From Alphaproteobacteria bacterium (GTDB lineage: Bacteria; Pseudomonadota; Alphaproteobacteria; GCA-2731375): 41,480 nucleotides of DNA. Location of the stretch: contig CAUZBE010000001.1 of assembly GCA_963577885.1 (NCBI GenBank), forward strand, positions 1 to 41,480, given 5' to 3'. The notes under the pieces are model-generated. The model made no database searches. It saw only the letters and a list, made by a program, of their open reading frames with translations, and was not told the origin of the DNA. The position numbers were made by a program, and so were the translations under genes. Shown piece by piece: positions 26,603 through 36,274 of the stretch (position 1 is the first letter of the stretch; each line of letters opens with the position of its first letter).

Positions 26603-28234
26603 ATGAGCGCCAATCCGTTCGAGACCGACCTGCCGATCACGGCGGCCAATTATCAGGCGCTCTCGCCCTTGAGCTTTTTGGCCAAGACCGCCTTTACCTA
26701 TCCCGATTACCCCTCGGTCATCGATGGCGCGGCGCGTTATACCTGGGACCAGACCCACCGCCGCTGTCTGCGCCTGGCTTCGGCCCTGGCCAAGAAGGGC
26801 ATCGGCAAGGGCGATACGGTATCGGTGATGGCGCCGAACGTCACCGCCGCCTTCGAAGCCACCTTCGGGGTGCCCGTGCAGGGTGCCGTTTTGAACGCAC
26901 TGAACTACCGCCTGAGCGCGGTGGAGATCGCCTTCATCCTGGATCATGGCGAATGCAAATTGCTGATCACGGATACGGAATTCAGCGCCGTGATCGAAGC
27001 GGCCCTGGCCCTGGTCAAGAACCGCCCCCTGGTGATCGATATAGAAGACCCGGCCGGGCCGGGGGGCAAGAGCCTGGGCGAGATGAATTACGAGGCGTTC
27101 CTAGAGACCGGCGAGGAGGACCATCCATGGTCGCCGCCGGGGGATGAATGGGAAGCCATCTCGTTGAACTATACCTCCGGCACCACGGGCAATCCTAAGG
27201 GCGTGGTCTATAGCCACCGGGGCACCTATCTAAATGCCATGGGCAATATCGTGGCCTGGAACCTGCCCGCCCATCCGGTGTATTTGTGGACTCTGCCCAT
27301 GTTCCATTGCAACGGCTGGTGCTTTGCCTGGTCTATCACCGCCATTGCCGGCACCCATGTCTGTTTGCGCGCAGTGGCGCCGGGCTCGATCTATGACGCT
27401 ATCGCCGATCATAAGGTGACCCATATGTGCGGCGCGCCCATCGTCATGCAGGTCATCACCGGCGCCTCGGATGCGGAAAAGCGCCCACTGCCCCATACGG
27501 TGAACATGTTCACCGCCGCCGCCCCGCCGCCCGCCTCGGTCCTGGCGGACATGGCACGCCAGGGCTTCAACGTCACCCATGTTTACGGCCTGACGGAGGT
27601 TTATGGCCCCTGCGTGGTCAGCGCCTGGAAATCGGAATGGGATGCCCTGCCGATCAACGAGCAATCCCGGCTGAAGGCGCGCCAGGGGGTGGCCTATCAG
27701 GTGCAGGAGGGCTTGATGGTGGCCGACCCCGAGACCCTGGAACCCCTGCCCATGGACGGCGAAAGCATGGGCGAAGTGTTCATGCGCGGCAATGTCACCA
27801 TGAAGGGCTATTTGAAAAACCCCAAGGCCACCAAGGAGGCCTTTGCGGGGGGCTGGTTCCACACCGGCGATCTGGGTGTGTGGCACCCCGACGGCTATGT
27901 AGAATTGAAGGACCGTTCGAAAGATATTATCATATCGGGCGGTGAAAATATTTCTTCCATTGAGGTCGAGGATGTATTGTACGCTAACCCAAAGGTCGCG
28001 GCGGTAGCGGTAGTGGCTAAGCCGGACGAGAAATGGGGCGAAACCCCGATGGCATTTATCGAGCTGAAGCCCGGCGCGGAGGCTACGGCCCAGGAGATCA
28101 TCGATTACTGCCGGGACAACATGGCCCATTACAAATGCCCGCGCGAGGTGATCTTCGCCGAACTGCCGAAAACCTCCACTGGCAAAATCCAAAAATTCGT
28201 GCTGCGCGAGCGGGCCCGGGAGGGTGAGTCGTAG
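26603..28234 (+). CDS. AMP-dependent acyl-CoA synthetase (medium-chain/AAE-like)
   Basis: ATG 26603 with GAGGAA at 26591-26596. Motifs: LNYTSGTTGNPKGVVYSH, HVYGLTE, HTGDLGVWHPDGYVELKDRSKDIIISGGENI, PKTSTGKIQK. Confidence 0.9.
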   Translation: MSANPFETDLPITAANYQALSPLSFLAKTAFTYPDYPSVIDGAARYTWDQTHRRCLRLASALAKKGIGKGDTVSVMAPNVTAAFEATFGVPVQGAVLNALNYRLSAVEIAFILDHGECKLLITDTEFSAVIEAALALVKNRPLVIDIEDPAGPGGKSLGEMNYEAFLETGEEDHPWSPPGDEWEAISLNYTSGTTGNPKGVVYSHRGTYLNAMGNIVAWNLPAHPVYLWTLPMFHCNGWCFAWSITAIAGTHVCLRAVAPGSIYDAIADHKVTHMCGAPIVMQVITGASDAEKRPLPHTVNMFTAAAPPPASVLADMARQGFNVTHVYGLTEVYGPCVVSAWKSEWDALPINEQSRLKARQGVAYQVQEGLMVADPETLEPLPMDGESMGEVFMRGNVTMKGYLKNPKATKEAFAGGWFHTGDLGVWHPDGYVELKDRSKDIIISGGENISSIEVEDVLYANPKVAAVAVVAKPDEKWGETPMAFIELKPGAEATAQEIIDYCRDNMAHYKCPREVIFAELPKTSTGKIQKFVLRERAREGES

Positions 28235-28329
28235 CCGCCCCCTCTACTGGCGTCCCTTATACGGGGGCGCCCTATACCGGAACCGGCCGCATTGGCGACA
28301 GCGCCCTGGCGGCGCGTCTGCGCCGGGAA

Positions 28330-31197
28330 TTGCGTGGCGAGGTTCTCTTCGATGGCGCCTCACGGGGCCGCTATGCCACCGATGCCTCAATCTATCAGAT
28401 CGAACCCATCGGCGTGGTGGTGCCCCATGACGAGGCGGACGTGCGCCGCGCCATCCAGATCGCAGGGGACGAGGGCATTGCCATTCTGCCACGGGGGGCC
28501 GGCACCTCCCAATGCGGGCAGACTGTGGGTGAAGCCCTGGTGCTGGATGTCTCCAAAAACCTGGCCGGGGTCATTGCCCTGGATGTCGCTAACCGGCGGG
28601 TGACGGTACAGCCGGGCCTGGTGCTGGATCAATTGAACACCTATCTACGGCCCCATGGGTTATTCTTCCCCGTGGACGTCTCGACCTCGTCCCGGGCTAC
28701 TATTGGCGGCATGACCGGCAATAATTCCTGCGGCGCGCGCTCCATCCGTTACGGCCGCATGGTGGAGAATGTCCACGCCATCGATGCCTTGCTGGCGGAT
28801 GGCAGCCAATTGCATTTCGGTCCCATCCCAGGCGATTTTCAGGCCGGGGGAATCCCGCAACACTACCGCGAGATTGCCGAACCCTTGCTGCAGCTGGGCC
28901 GGCGGGAAGCGGCAGAAATCGCTGCCCGCTATCCGGACCTGCATGACCCGCACATCCAACGCCGGGTGGGAGGTTACAACATCGATGCCCTGGTGCCGGG
29001 CGTCGGTTCGGAAAACCTGGCGCATCTGTTGGTCGGCTCGGAAGGGACCCTGGCCTTTTCCACGGCGATCGAGCTGAACCTGGCGCCGATCCCGCCCAAC
29101 AAGGTGCTGGGCATTTGCCATTTTCCAAACTTTTACGCGGCCATGGACGCGACCCGGCATATCGTCAAGCTGGGGCCGGCGGCGGTGGAACTGGTGGACC
29201 GTACTATGATCGATCTGGCACGCGAGATCGAGCTGTTCCGTCCTACTATCGAACGTTTCGTCGAAGGCGCGCCAGCAGCCTTGCTACTGGTGGAATTCGC
29301 CGGCGATGATGGTGATGAGCAGTTGCGAAAGCTGGCTCAGCTGGTGGAACTGATGGGCGATCTGGGCTTCCCCGGCGCCGTGGTCGAGGCCACGGACCCC
29401 GGTTTCCAGGCCGAGGTTTGGGAGGTGCGCAAATCCGGCCTGAACATCATGATGTCCATGAAGGGCGACGGCAAACCGATATCCTTCATTGAAGACTGCG
29501 CCGTGCGCCTGGAGGACCTGGCCGAATATACCGACCGCCTGACCAAGGTTTTCACCAAGCATGGCACCACGGGCACCTGGTACGCCCATGCCTCGGTCGG
29601 TTGCCTGCACGTACGCCCCGTGGTCAACCTGAAGGCGGCGGATGGAGCAGTAAAAATGCGTGCCATGGCCGAGGAAGCCTTCGCCATGGTGCGGGAGTAC
29701 AAGGGCAGCCATTCCGGCGAACATGGCGATGGCCTAGTTCGATCCGAGTTCCATCTGCCTATGTTCGGCCAGCGCATGGTGGATAATTTTGCCGAGGTGA
29801 AGCAGATCCTTGATCCCAAGGGGCTGTTCAATCCGGGCAAGATTGTAGCGCCGCCGAAAATGGACGACCGCCGGCTGTTCCGCTTCAAACCGGGCTATCA
29901 AACCGGGAAGCTCGAGACCGGGCTGGATTGGTCGGCCTGGGGCGGTTTCGCCGGTGCGGTGGAAATGTGCAACAACAACGGGGCCTGCCGCAAGTTGGGC
30001 CTGGCCGGCGTCATGTGCCCCTCGTTTCAGGTCACCCGGGACGAGGCCCATGTCACCCGCGGTCGGGCTAATCTGTTGCGCCTGGGTATCTCGGGACAAT
30101 TGGGCCCGGACGCCTTGCATTCGGACGCCATGGCCGAGGCCATGTCGCTGTGCGTCGGCTGCAAGGGCTGCAAGCGGGAATGCCCCGTGGGCGTCGACAT
30201 GGCGGCCATGAAGATCGAGGTGCAATACCAGCGGGCCAAGCGATCGGGCATTTCCTGGCACGACCGACTGGTGGCCTACCTGCCGCGCTATGCCCCCTGG
30301 GCTGCGCGCCTCGCCCCCCTGATGAACCTGCGGGATACCCTGCCAGGCCTAGCCTGGTTGAGCGAGCGGCTGTTCGGCTTTACGGCCAAACGCCTCTTGC
30401 CGCGCTGGCGCGGGGATGTTTTCCAGCCGGACCAAAGCGCCTACGGACCAGAAGATGGCCGGGAGGTGGTACTACTCGCCGATACCTTCAACACTGCATT
30501 TGAGGCGGAAAATCTGCATGCCGCCATCGCCGTGCTGACGGCGGCGGGCCGGCGCGTGCATATCGCCCAAGCCCCGAATGGCGGCCGGCGGCTTTGTTGC
30601 GGCCGCACGTTTCTTTCCGTTGGGTTGGTGGATCAGGCGCGGGAGGAAATGGCCCGCACGGTCGCCGCCCTCGCCCCCTTCGTTGCCCGCGGCCTGCCCG
30701 TCCTGGGGCTGGAGCCGTCCTGCCTGCTAACTCTGCGCGATGAACTACTTGCCGTGCTGCCGGGTGAAGGCGCGGAAGCCCTGGCGAAAACTGCCATGTT
30801 ACTGGAAGAATATCTGGCAGGGGAACAGGCGGCGGGTCACTTGGATTTGAACCTGGCTGGGGGCGAAACGGGAACCGTTTTGGTGCATGGCCATTGCCAC
30901 CAAAAGGCTCATCAGACCATGGCGGCCATGACCTCCACCCTGGGCCTGTTGCCCGATGTGGAGGTGGAAACCGTGGCGTCCAGCTGTTGCGGCATGGCCG
31001 GCGCCTTCGGCTATGGCGCCGATACCTATGAAGCATCACAGGCCATGGGCGAGGCGGCGTTATTGCCTGCGGTTCGCGCGGCGCCAGTGACAACCACATT
31101 GATCGCCAACGGCACCTCCTGCCGGCAACAGATCAAACACGGCAGTGGCCGCGAGGCCATCCATATCGCACGTTTTCTACAGCGGGCACTCCACTAA
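28330..31197 (+). CDS. FAD-binding oxidase fused to 4Fe-4S and CCG domains (YdiJ / GlcD-GlcF-fusion-like 2-hydroxyacid dehydrogenase)
   Basis: FAD_binding_4 (PRGAGTSQCGQ...), Fe-S motif CVGCKGCKRECPVG, and two cysteine-rich CCG motifs (LCCGRTF, SSCCGMAG). The start is uncertain: TTG 28330 is the only conventional start, but the frame is open and protein-like from 28228. Confidence 0.8.
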   Translation: MRGEVLFDGASRGRYATDASIYQIEPIGVVVPHDEADVRRAIQIAGDEGIAILPRGAGTSQCGQTVGEALVLDVSKNLAGVIALDVANRRVTVQPGLVLDQLNTYLRPHGLFFPVDVSTSSRATIGGMTGNNSCGARSIRYGRMVENVHAIDALLADGSQLHFGPIPGDFQAGGIPQHYREIAEPLLQLGRREAAEIAARYPDLHDPHIQRRVGGYNIDALVPGVGSENLAHLLVGSEGTLAFSTAIELNLAPIPPNKVLGICHFPNFYAAMDATRHIVKLGPAAVELVDRTMIDLAREIELFRPTIERFVEGAPAALLLVEFAGDDGDEQLRKLAQLVELMGDLGFPGAVVEATDPGFQAEVWEVRKSGLNIMMSMKGDGKPISFIEDCAVRLEDLAEYTDRLTKVFTKHGTTGTWYAHASVGCLHVRPVVNLKAADGAVKMRAMAEEAFAMVREYKGSHSGEHGDGLVRSEFHLPMFGQRMVDNFAEVKQILDPKGLFNPGKIVAPPKMDDRRLFRFKPGYQTGKLETGLDWSAWGGFAGAVEMCNNNGACRKLGLAGVMCPSFQVTRDEAHVTRGRANLLRLGISGQLGPDALHSDAMAEAMSLCVGCKGCKRECPVGVDMAAMKIEVQYQRAKRSGISWHDRLVAYLPRYAPWAARLAPLMNLRDTLPGLAWLSERLFGFTAKRLLPRWRGDVFQPDQSAYGPEDGREVVLLADTFNTAFEAENLHAAIAVLTAAGRRVHIAQAPNGGRRLCCGRTFLSVGLVDQAREEMARTVAALAPFVARGLPVLGLEPSCLLTLRDELLAVLPGEGAEALAKTAMLLEEYLAGEQAAGHLDLNLAGGETGTVLVHGHCHQKAHQTMAAMTSTLGLLPDVEVETVASSCCGMAGAFGYGADTYEASQAMGEAALLPAVRAAPVTTTLIANGTSCRQQIKHGSGREAIHIARFLQRALH

Positions 31198-31203
31198 CAA
31201 CAA

Positions 31204-32634
31204 TCAGCTCTTGTTGCGTTCGTCCTGCACACGTTTGGCCTTGAATTCGGTCTTTGGCAGGGTGTCGGGGGCGACCACATCGACATCGACGCGCAGCTCG
31301 ATTTCCGTGCGGACGGCGGTGACGACCTGATTGGTCAGGGCCGATCCGGGGCCATGATCAGCATGCTCCACCACGATTTTCATCACATCCATGCCGTCCT
31401 CGGATCGGGAGGACAGAACGATCTGGAATTCATCTCCCAGATCTGGAATGGAGCGCACGGCCTTTTCGATCTGGGTGGGGAAGAATTTGATGCCGCGTAG
31501 GTTGATCAGGTCGTCGGCCCGGCCCGCGAAACAGCCCATGGCACGGGCGTGGCTACGGCCGCAGGCGCAGGTATCCTGGTTTAGGGTGGTAAAATCACCC
31601 ACCAGAAACCGCAACTGCGGCGAACTTTCCGAGATCAAATTGGTGCAGACCGACAGGCCCCTTACGCCCACCGGTGTCGGTGCCAGGGATTCTGGGTTCA
31701 CGGTTTCCCAGATTTGTACGTCTTCCATCAAATGCAGGAAATAGTCTTCACCATTCTGGCCCATGGCGGAACAGGCATAGCCGCCCGCCTGTGGCGCGGC
31801 CTCGGTACAGCCATAGAACTCAACCAGGCGCGCACCCCACAAATCTTCCAGCTTTCGCCGTGTTGGGCCAATGGCCATGGCCGGCTCGCCGGCGCAGAAC
31901 AAAGTCCTCACCGAACTTGCCGCGGGGTCCAGGCCCATATTCTGCAACAGCCGGCCCAGATACAGGGCATAGGAGGGGGTACAACAAAGTACGGTCGGCT
32001 TGAACCGGTCCACCATGCCCGCCCGCATCGGCCCGTCCATGCCGCCGCCGGGGATCAGCCCGATACCCATTTTGGCCAGGCCCATCTGCACCCCCCAGGC
32101 CCAGACGTGGGTGCCATAGCCGGTCATCATGAAAACCGTATCCGTAGGCGTGAAACCCATGGCGTGCATGGCCCGGGCGTTGGACCAGGCCCAGTATTCC
32201 CGGTCGATCTGGGAATAGCGGAAGACCCGGGGCGTACCCGTGGTGCCGGAGGTGGAAAACAGCATCCAGCCTCGGCTGCACCAGATTTCGTCGGACATGG
32301 TGGAGTAACGGCCAAAGGGCGTATGGTTTTCCACATCCACCGTCATTTCGGATTTATCCACCACCGGCCACTTAATCAGATCCTCTACGCTGGCGATATC
32401 GGTGGGCGCCAGGCCCAAACGGTCAAAGCGTTCCCGGTAGAAGAGGCTATTCTCGTAAAGAAACGGCGTCATGACCGCCAGTTTCTCGTTCTGGATAGCG
32501 GTCAGCTCGTCCCGCGAGGCGCCATCGAGGCTCGGCGACCACATGGCGCTGTTGGCAGCCTGATCGGGGTCGTCCTTGAACCTCGCCAGGATGGCCAGCC
32601 AGTTGGCCCGGGTTTTTTCCGCGCGGCCGCTCAC
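31204..32634 (-). CDS. Phenylacetate-CoA ligase (PaaK) / coenzyme F390 synthetase family adenylating enzyme
   Basis: 476 aa. FSTSGTTGTPRVF P-loop-like motif, FYGCTE and GRADDLINLRGIKFFP. The GTG start (32634) overlaps the purD stop as GTGA. Confidence 0.8.
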   Translation of the reverse strand: MSGRAEKTRANWLAILARFKDDPDQAANSAMWSPSLDGASRDELTAIQNEKLAVMTPFLYENSLFYRERFDRLGLAPTDIASVEDLIKWPVVDKSEMTVDVENHTPFGRYSTMSDEIWCSRGWMLFSTSGTTGTPRVFRYSQIDREYWAWSNARAMHAMGFTPTDTVFMMTGYGTHVWAWGVQMGLAKMGIGLIPGGGMDGPMRAGMVDRFKPTVLCCTPSYALYLGRLLQNMGLDPAASSVRTLFCAGEPAMAIGPTRRKLEDLWGARLVEFYGCTEAAPQAGGYACSAMGQNGEDYFLHLMEDVQIWETVNPESLAPTPVGVRGLSVCTNLISESSPQLRFLVGDFTTLNQDTCACGRSHARAMGCFAGRADDLINLRGIKFFPTQIEKAVRSIPDLGDEFQIVLSSRSEDGMDVMKIVVEHADHGPGSALTNQVVTAVRTEIELRVDVDVVAPDTLPKTEFKAKRVQDERNKS

Positions 32635-33929
32635 CCTTCGCCCTGCGCCTCCAGCTCATCTTCCCGCTGAACGGCGCGCCAGCCAATGTCACTACGGCAA
32701 AAGCCTTCCGGCCAATCGATCGCCGCCACGCCCTGATAGGCACGCGCCCGCGCGGTTCGGATGTCTCGGCCCTGGGCCGTCACGCCCAGCACCCGTCCGC
32801 CATTGGCGAAAATCCGTCCGTCTTCCAGCCTGGTGCCCGCGTGCAGGACCGAGACGCCGGCAATGGCCTCAGCTGCCGCGATACCCTTGATCTCGCTGCC
32901 CCTGGCATAGTCGCCTGGATAGCCATTGTTGGCCATGACCACCGTTACGGCGGCCCGCTCCGACCAATCCACTTCATAGCCCGCCAATTGACCCTTGGCG
33001 GCGGCCAACAGGGCGGCCAGAGGGTCACTCTGCCAACGCGCCAGCAAGACCTGGCACTCCGGATCGCCAAAGCGGACGTTGTATTCGATCAATTGCGGCC
33101 CGCGTTCCGTGATCATCAAACCGGCGTACAGCACGCCCTTGAAGGGACGGCCATCCTGTTCCATGGCTCGCATGGTCGGCAGGATGATACGTTCCATGGT
33201 TTTTTGGCACATCTCGTCCGTCATCACCGGGGCCGGGGAATAGGCCCCCATGCCGCCCGTATTGGGCCCCACATCGCCATCGAACGCCGTTTTGTGGTCT
33301 TGGGCCGTAGCCAGGGGCAGCGCGTTGCGGCCGTCGCACAGGGCAAAATAACTCGCTTCCTCGCCAACCATGAATTGTTCGACAACGATTTCATTGCCCG
33401 CCGCCCCGAATTGGCCGCCAAGGATATTTTCCGCCGCCGCCAGGGCTTCCTCTGTGGTTCGGCAGACAATGGCGCCCTTGCCTGCTGCCAGGCCATCCGC
33501 CTTGACCACGATGGGCCCGCCCCGATCCTGAATATAGGCGCGGGCCTCGGCAATATCGGAAAAACGTTCGAAGGCGGCGGTGGGAATGTTGTGCCGCTTG
33601 CACAAGTTCTTGGTGAAGACTTTTGAGCCCTCCAGGATCGCCGCCCGTTCATTCGGGCCGAACGCCAGGATATTGGCCGCCTCCAGGCGGTCCACCAAGC
33701 CGCCGACCAGGGGATCTTCCGGTCCTACAATCACGAAATCCACCGCCTGATCCCGGCAATAGGCAATAATGCCGTCAAAATCGTTGACCGCAATATCAAC
33801 GCAATCGGCCAGTTGGGCTATACCGCCATTACCCGGCGCGCAACTCAACCGGCTGGCCAGAGACGACCGCGCCACTCCCCAGCAAAGCGAGTGCTCCCGC
33901 CCGCCCGCGCCAATGACCAGAACATGCAT
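32631..33929 (-). CDS. purD: Phosphoribosylamine-glycine ligase
   Basis: MHVLVIGAGGREHSLCW..., with ATP-grasp core GPIVVKADGLAAGKGA and NVRFGDPECQ. Confidence 0.93.
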   Translation of the reverse strand: MHVLVIGAGGREHSLCWGVARSSLASRLSCAPGNGGIAQLADCVDIAVNDFDGIIAYCRDQAVDFVIVGPEDPLVGGLVDRLEAANILAFGPNERAAILEGSKVFTKNLCKRHNIPTAAFERFSDIAEARAYIQDRGGPIVVKADGLAAGKGAIVCRTTEEALAAAENILGGQFGAAGNEIVVEQFMVGEEASYFALCDGRNALPLATAQDHKTAFDGDVGPNTGGMGAYSPAPVMTDEMCQKTMERIILPTMRAMEQDGRPFKGVLYAGLMITERGPQLIEYNVRFGDPECQVLLARWQSDPLAALLAAAKGQLAGYEVDWSERAAVTVVMANNGYPGDYARGSEIKGIAAAEAIAGVSVLHAGTRLEDGRIFANGGRVLGVTAQGRDIRTARARAYQGVAAIDWPEGFCRSDIGWRAVQREDELEAQGEG

Positions 33930-34019
33930 GCCGTCGAACCTCTTATTGTTTACTCATGTTCGGCCCCTTGTATCATAGCCAGGCAAGAGCGGCAGCAGTT
34001 GATAGAGGATTGTGAGACG

Positions 34020-35459
34020 ATGGGCGAAAAGGAAATTGATGCCGCGCCCAACCTGCCGGAATATTCGGTCTCCGAGATTGCGGCGGCGGTCAAACAGACG
34101 GTGGAAGACAACTTTGGCTATGTCCGCGTCCGAGGCGAAGTCTCGGGCTTCATGGCGGCGCGGTCGGGCCATATGTATTTTTCCCTGAAGGACGACCGGG
34201 CCGTGATCGATAGCGTCGTCTGGCGCGGTAGCACTGGAAAACTGCGCTTTCAACCCGAAGACGGCCTAGAAGTGATCTGCACCGGCAAGCTGTCCACCTA
34301 TGCCCCGCGCTCCCGCTACCAGCTGGTGGTCGAGGCCATGGAGCCGGCCGGTGTTGGGGCCCTGATGGCCTTGCTGGAAGAACGCCGCCAGAAATTGTCG
34401 GCGGAGGGATTATTTGCTCCCGAACGCAAACGAGCCCTGCCCTATCTGCCCCAGGTGATTGGCGTGGTGACCTCGCCCACGGGGGCAGTGATTCGCGATA
34501 TTCTGCACCGCCTGCGCGAACGTTTTCCCAGCCGCGTGCTGGTCTGGCCGGTGCTGGTGCAGGGCAAGGGCGCGGCGGAACAAGTGGCGGCCGCCATTCG
34601 CGGCTTCAACGCCTTGGACGGAACCTCGGCGGTGCCGCGCCCGGATTTGCTGATAGTTGCCCGTGGCGGCGGCTCGATCGAGGATCTTTGGGCCTTCAAT
34701 GAAGAAATCGTGGCCCGGGCAGTGGCGGAAAGCGAAATTCCCCTGATCTCCGCCGTCGGCCACGAAACCGATACCACTCTGATCGACTTCCTCTCCGACC
34801 GCCGCGCGCCGACGCCTACTGCGGCGGCGGAAATTGCTGTGCCGGTACGGGCGGAACTGGTGGCCGGAAATCAGGATCTGGGGCGGCGGCTGGGCCTGGC
34901 CAAGCAACGTCTGTTAGCCGGGCGGCGGCGCGATCTGGATGGCCTGGCCCGTGGCCTGCGCGGGCCCCGGGAACTTCTGGCCCTGGCGCGGCAACGTCTG
35001 GACGAAGGGGCCGAGCGGCTGCACCGCGCCCTGTTGATCTTCGGCGGCGAAAAACGCAATGCGCTGACCGCCTGCGCTGACCGCCTGCGCCCACGCTTGG
35101 TGCTGGAGACGGTGGCGGCGGGTGGGCGCAACCTGCAGGACTATGACGGCCGGCTGCGCCGGGCCGTCCGGGGCCACATCAACGAACACCGCCTTCGCCT
35201 GACGGGCCAAGGGCAAGTGCTGAATAGTCTTAGTTTCGAGCGAGTTCTGGAGCGGGGCTATGCCATGGTCCACCGGCGGGACGGCGACGTAGTCATGGCG
35301 GCGGCACAGGCCGGGCCAGGCGTCCCCCTTGCGATCCGCTTCCATGATGGCGAAGTGGCGGTGACCGTCGATGATGGACCGCCTGCGCGCACGCCTAAGC
35401 CTAAGCCCCAAAACAAGCAGTCCGGGAGCAAGCCAGGCAACCAGGGCTCGCTGTTTTGA
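34020..35459 (+). CDS. xseA: Exodeoxyribonuclease VII large subunit
   Basis: Internal ATG 34020. OB-fold VRVRGEVSGF...SGHMYFSLKD, then VVTSPTGAVIRD, ARGGGSIEDLWAFNEE and SAVGHETD. It is divergent from purD. Confidence 0.9.
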   Translation: MGEKEIDAAPNLPEYSVSEIAAAVKQTVEDNFGYVRVRGEVSGFMAARSGHMYFSLKDDRAVIDSVVWRGSTGKLRFQPEDGLEVICTGKLSTYAPRSRYQLVVEAMEPAGVGALMALLEERRQKLSAEGLFAPERKRALPYLPQVIGVVTSPTGAVIRDILHRLRERFPSRVLVWPVLVQGKGAAEQVAAAIRGFNALDGTSAVPRPDLLIVARGGGSIEDLWAFNEEIVARAVAESEIPLISAVGHETDTTLIDFLSDRRAPTPTAAAEIAVPVRAELVAGNQDLGRRLGLAKQRLLAGRRRDLDGLARGLRGPRELLALARQRLDEGAERLHRALLIFGGEKRNALTACADRLRPRLVLETVAAGGRNLQDYDGRLRRAVRGHINEHRLRLTGQGQVLNSLSFERVLERGYAMVHRRDGDVVMAAAQAGPGVPLAIRFHDGEVAVTVDDGPPARTPKPKPQNKQSGSKPGNQGSLF

Positions 35460-36271
35460 TGCGCCCGTGGCTAATCCTCGTCCTCGTCCTCTGGCCCTGG
35501 GCCGCCTTGGCGGAGGTGCCGGTTCTGACCGGCAACCTGGTGCAAGGCGGCCTGGTGCAGGGCCAGGTGACGCCGGGTACCCGGGTCGAATTTGATGGCC
35601 GGGCCGTGCGGGTTGATGGCAATGGCAGCTTCATCATCGGCTTTGGCCGGGATTTTCCCGACGCCGCGCCGTTGTATTGGTATGGCCTTGACGGCCGGCG
35701 GCAAGCCAAGGCCCTGACCATCAAGGCGCGGCGCTACAAGGTCCAGCGGATTGATGGCCTGCCGGCAAAGATGGTCACCCCGCCCAGGGAAGTACTGGCC
35801 CGCATCCGCCATGAAAATGGCGTCATTGGCGCTGTCCGGGCCAAGAATAGTCCCACGCCCTGGCATGCTAGCGGCTTTCGCTGGCCATTGCAGGGCCGCA
35901 TCAGCGGCGTCTATGGCAGCCAGCGGGTCCTCAACGGCAAACCCCGGCGGCCACATTATGGTCTGGATATTGCCGCCAAACCAGGAAGTCCGGTACATGC
36001 CTCCACCGACGGCATGGTGGCCCTGGCCGAACGGGATCTGTATTACACCGGCGGCACGGTGATGCTGGATCATGGCCATGGCCTGACTTCGGTTTACTCG
36101 CACCTGCAAAGCGTCACCGTCGCGGCCGGCCAATTGGTCCGCCAGGGCGAACAGATCGGCACCCTGGGCGCCACCGGCCGGGCCACTGGCCCGCACCTGG
36201 ATTGGCGCCTGAACTGGTTCAAGCAACGCCTGGATCCGGCCCTTTTAGTGGGGCCAATGCCGCAGCCGTAG
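35459..36271 (+). CDS. M23 family metallopeptidase (secreted)
   Basis: Signal peptide MRPWLILVLVLWPWAALA. Motifs HYGLDIAAKPGSPVHA, DHGHGLTSVYSHL and GATGRATGPHLDW. The ATG overlaps the xseA stop (TGATG); an alternative TTG lies at 35456. Confidence 0.85.
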   Translation: MRPWLILVLVLWPWAALAEVPVLTGNLVQGGLVQGQVTPGTRVEFDGRAVRVDGNGSFIIGFGRDFPDAAPLYWYGLDGRRQAKALTIKARRYKVQRIDGLPAKMVTPPREVLARIRHENGVIGAVRAKNSPTPWHASGFRWPLQGRISGVYGSQRVLNGKPRRPHYGLDIAAKPGSPVHASTDGMVALAERDLYYTGGTVMLDHGHGLTSVYSHLQSVTVAAGQLVRQGEQIGTLGATGRATGPHLDWRLNWFKQRLDPALLVGPMPQP

Positions 36272-36274
36272 CCG

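Noticed and set aside
26414-26947. 177-aa ORF on the minus strand starting inside the acyl-CoA synthetase gene and ending in the tRNA fragment.
   Set aside because: It is antisense to a motif-rich ligase gene, its translation is not protein-like, and its 3' end is the tRNA 5'-half sequence.
28252-28282. CCTTATACGGGGGCGCCCTATACCGG upstream of the YdiJ-like gene as an operator-like palindrome.
   Set aside because: It is mainly a direct repeat of TATAC with a GC-rich centre, the inverted symmetry is poor, and it lies in a frame that may be coding.
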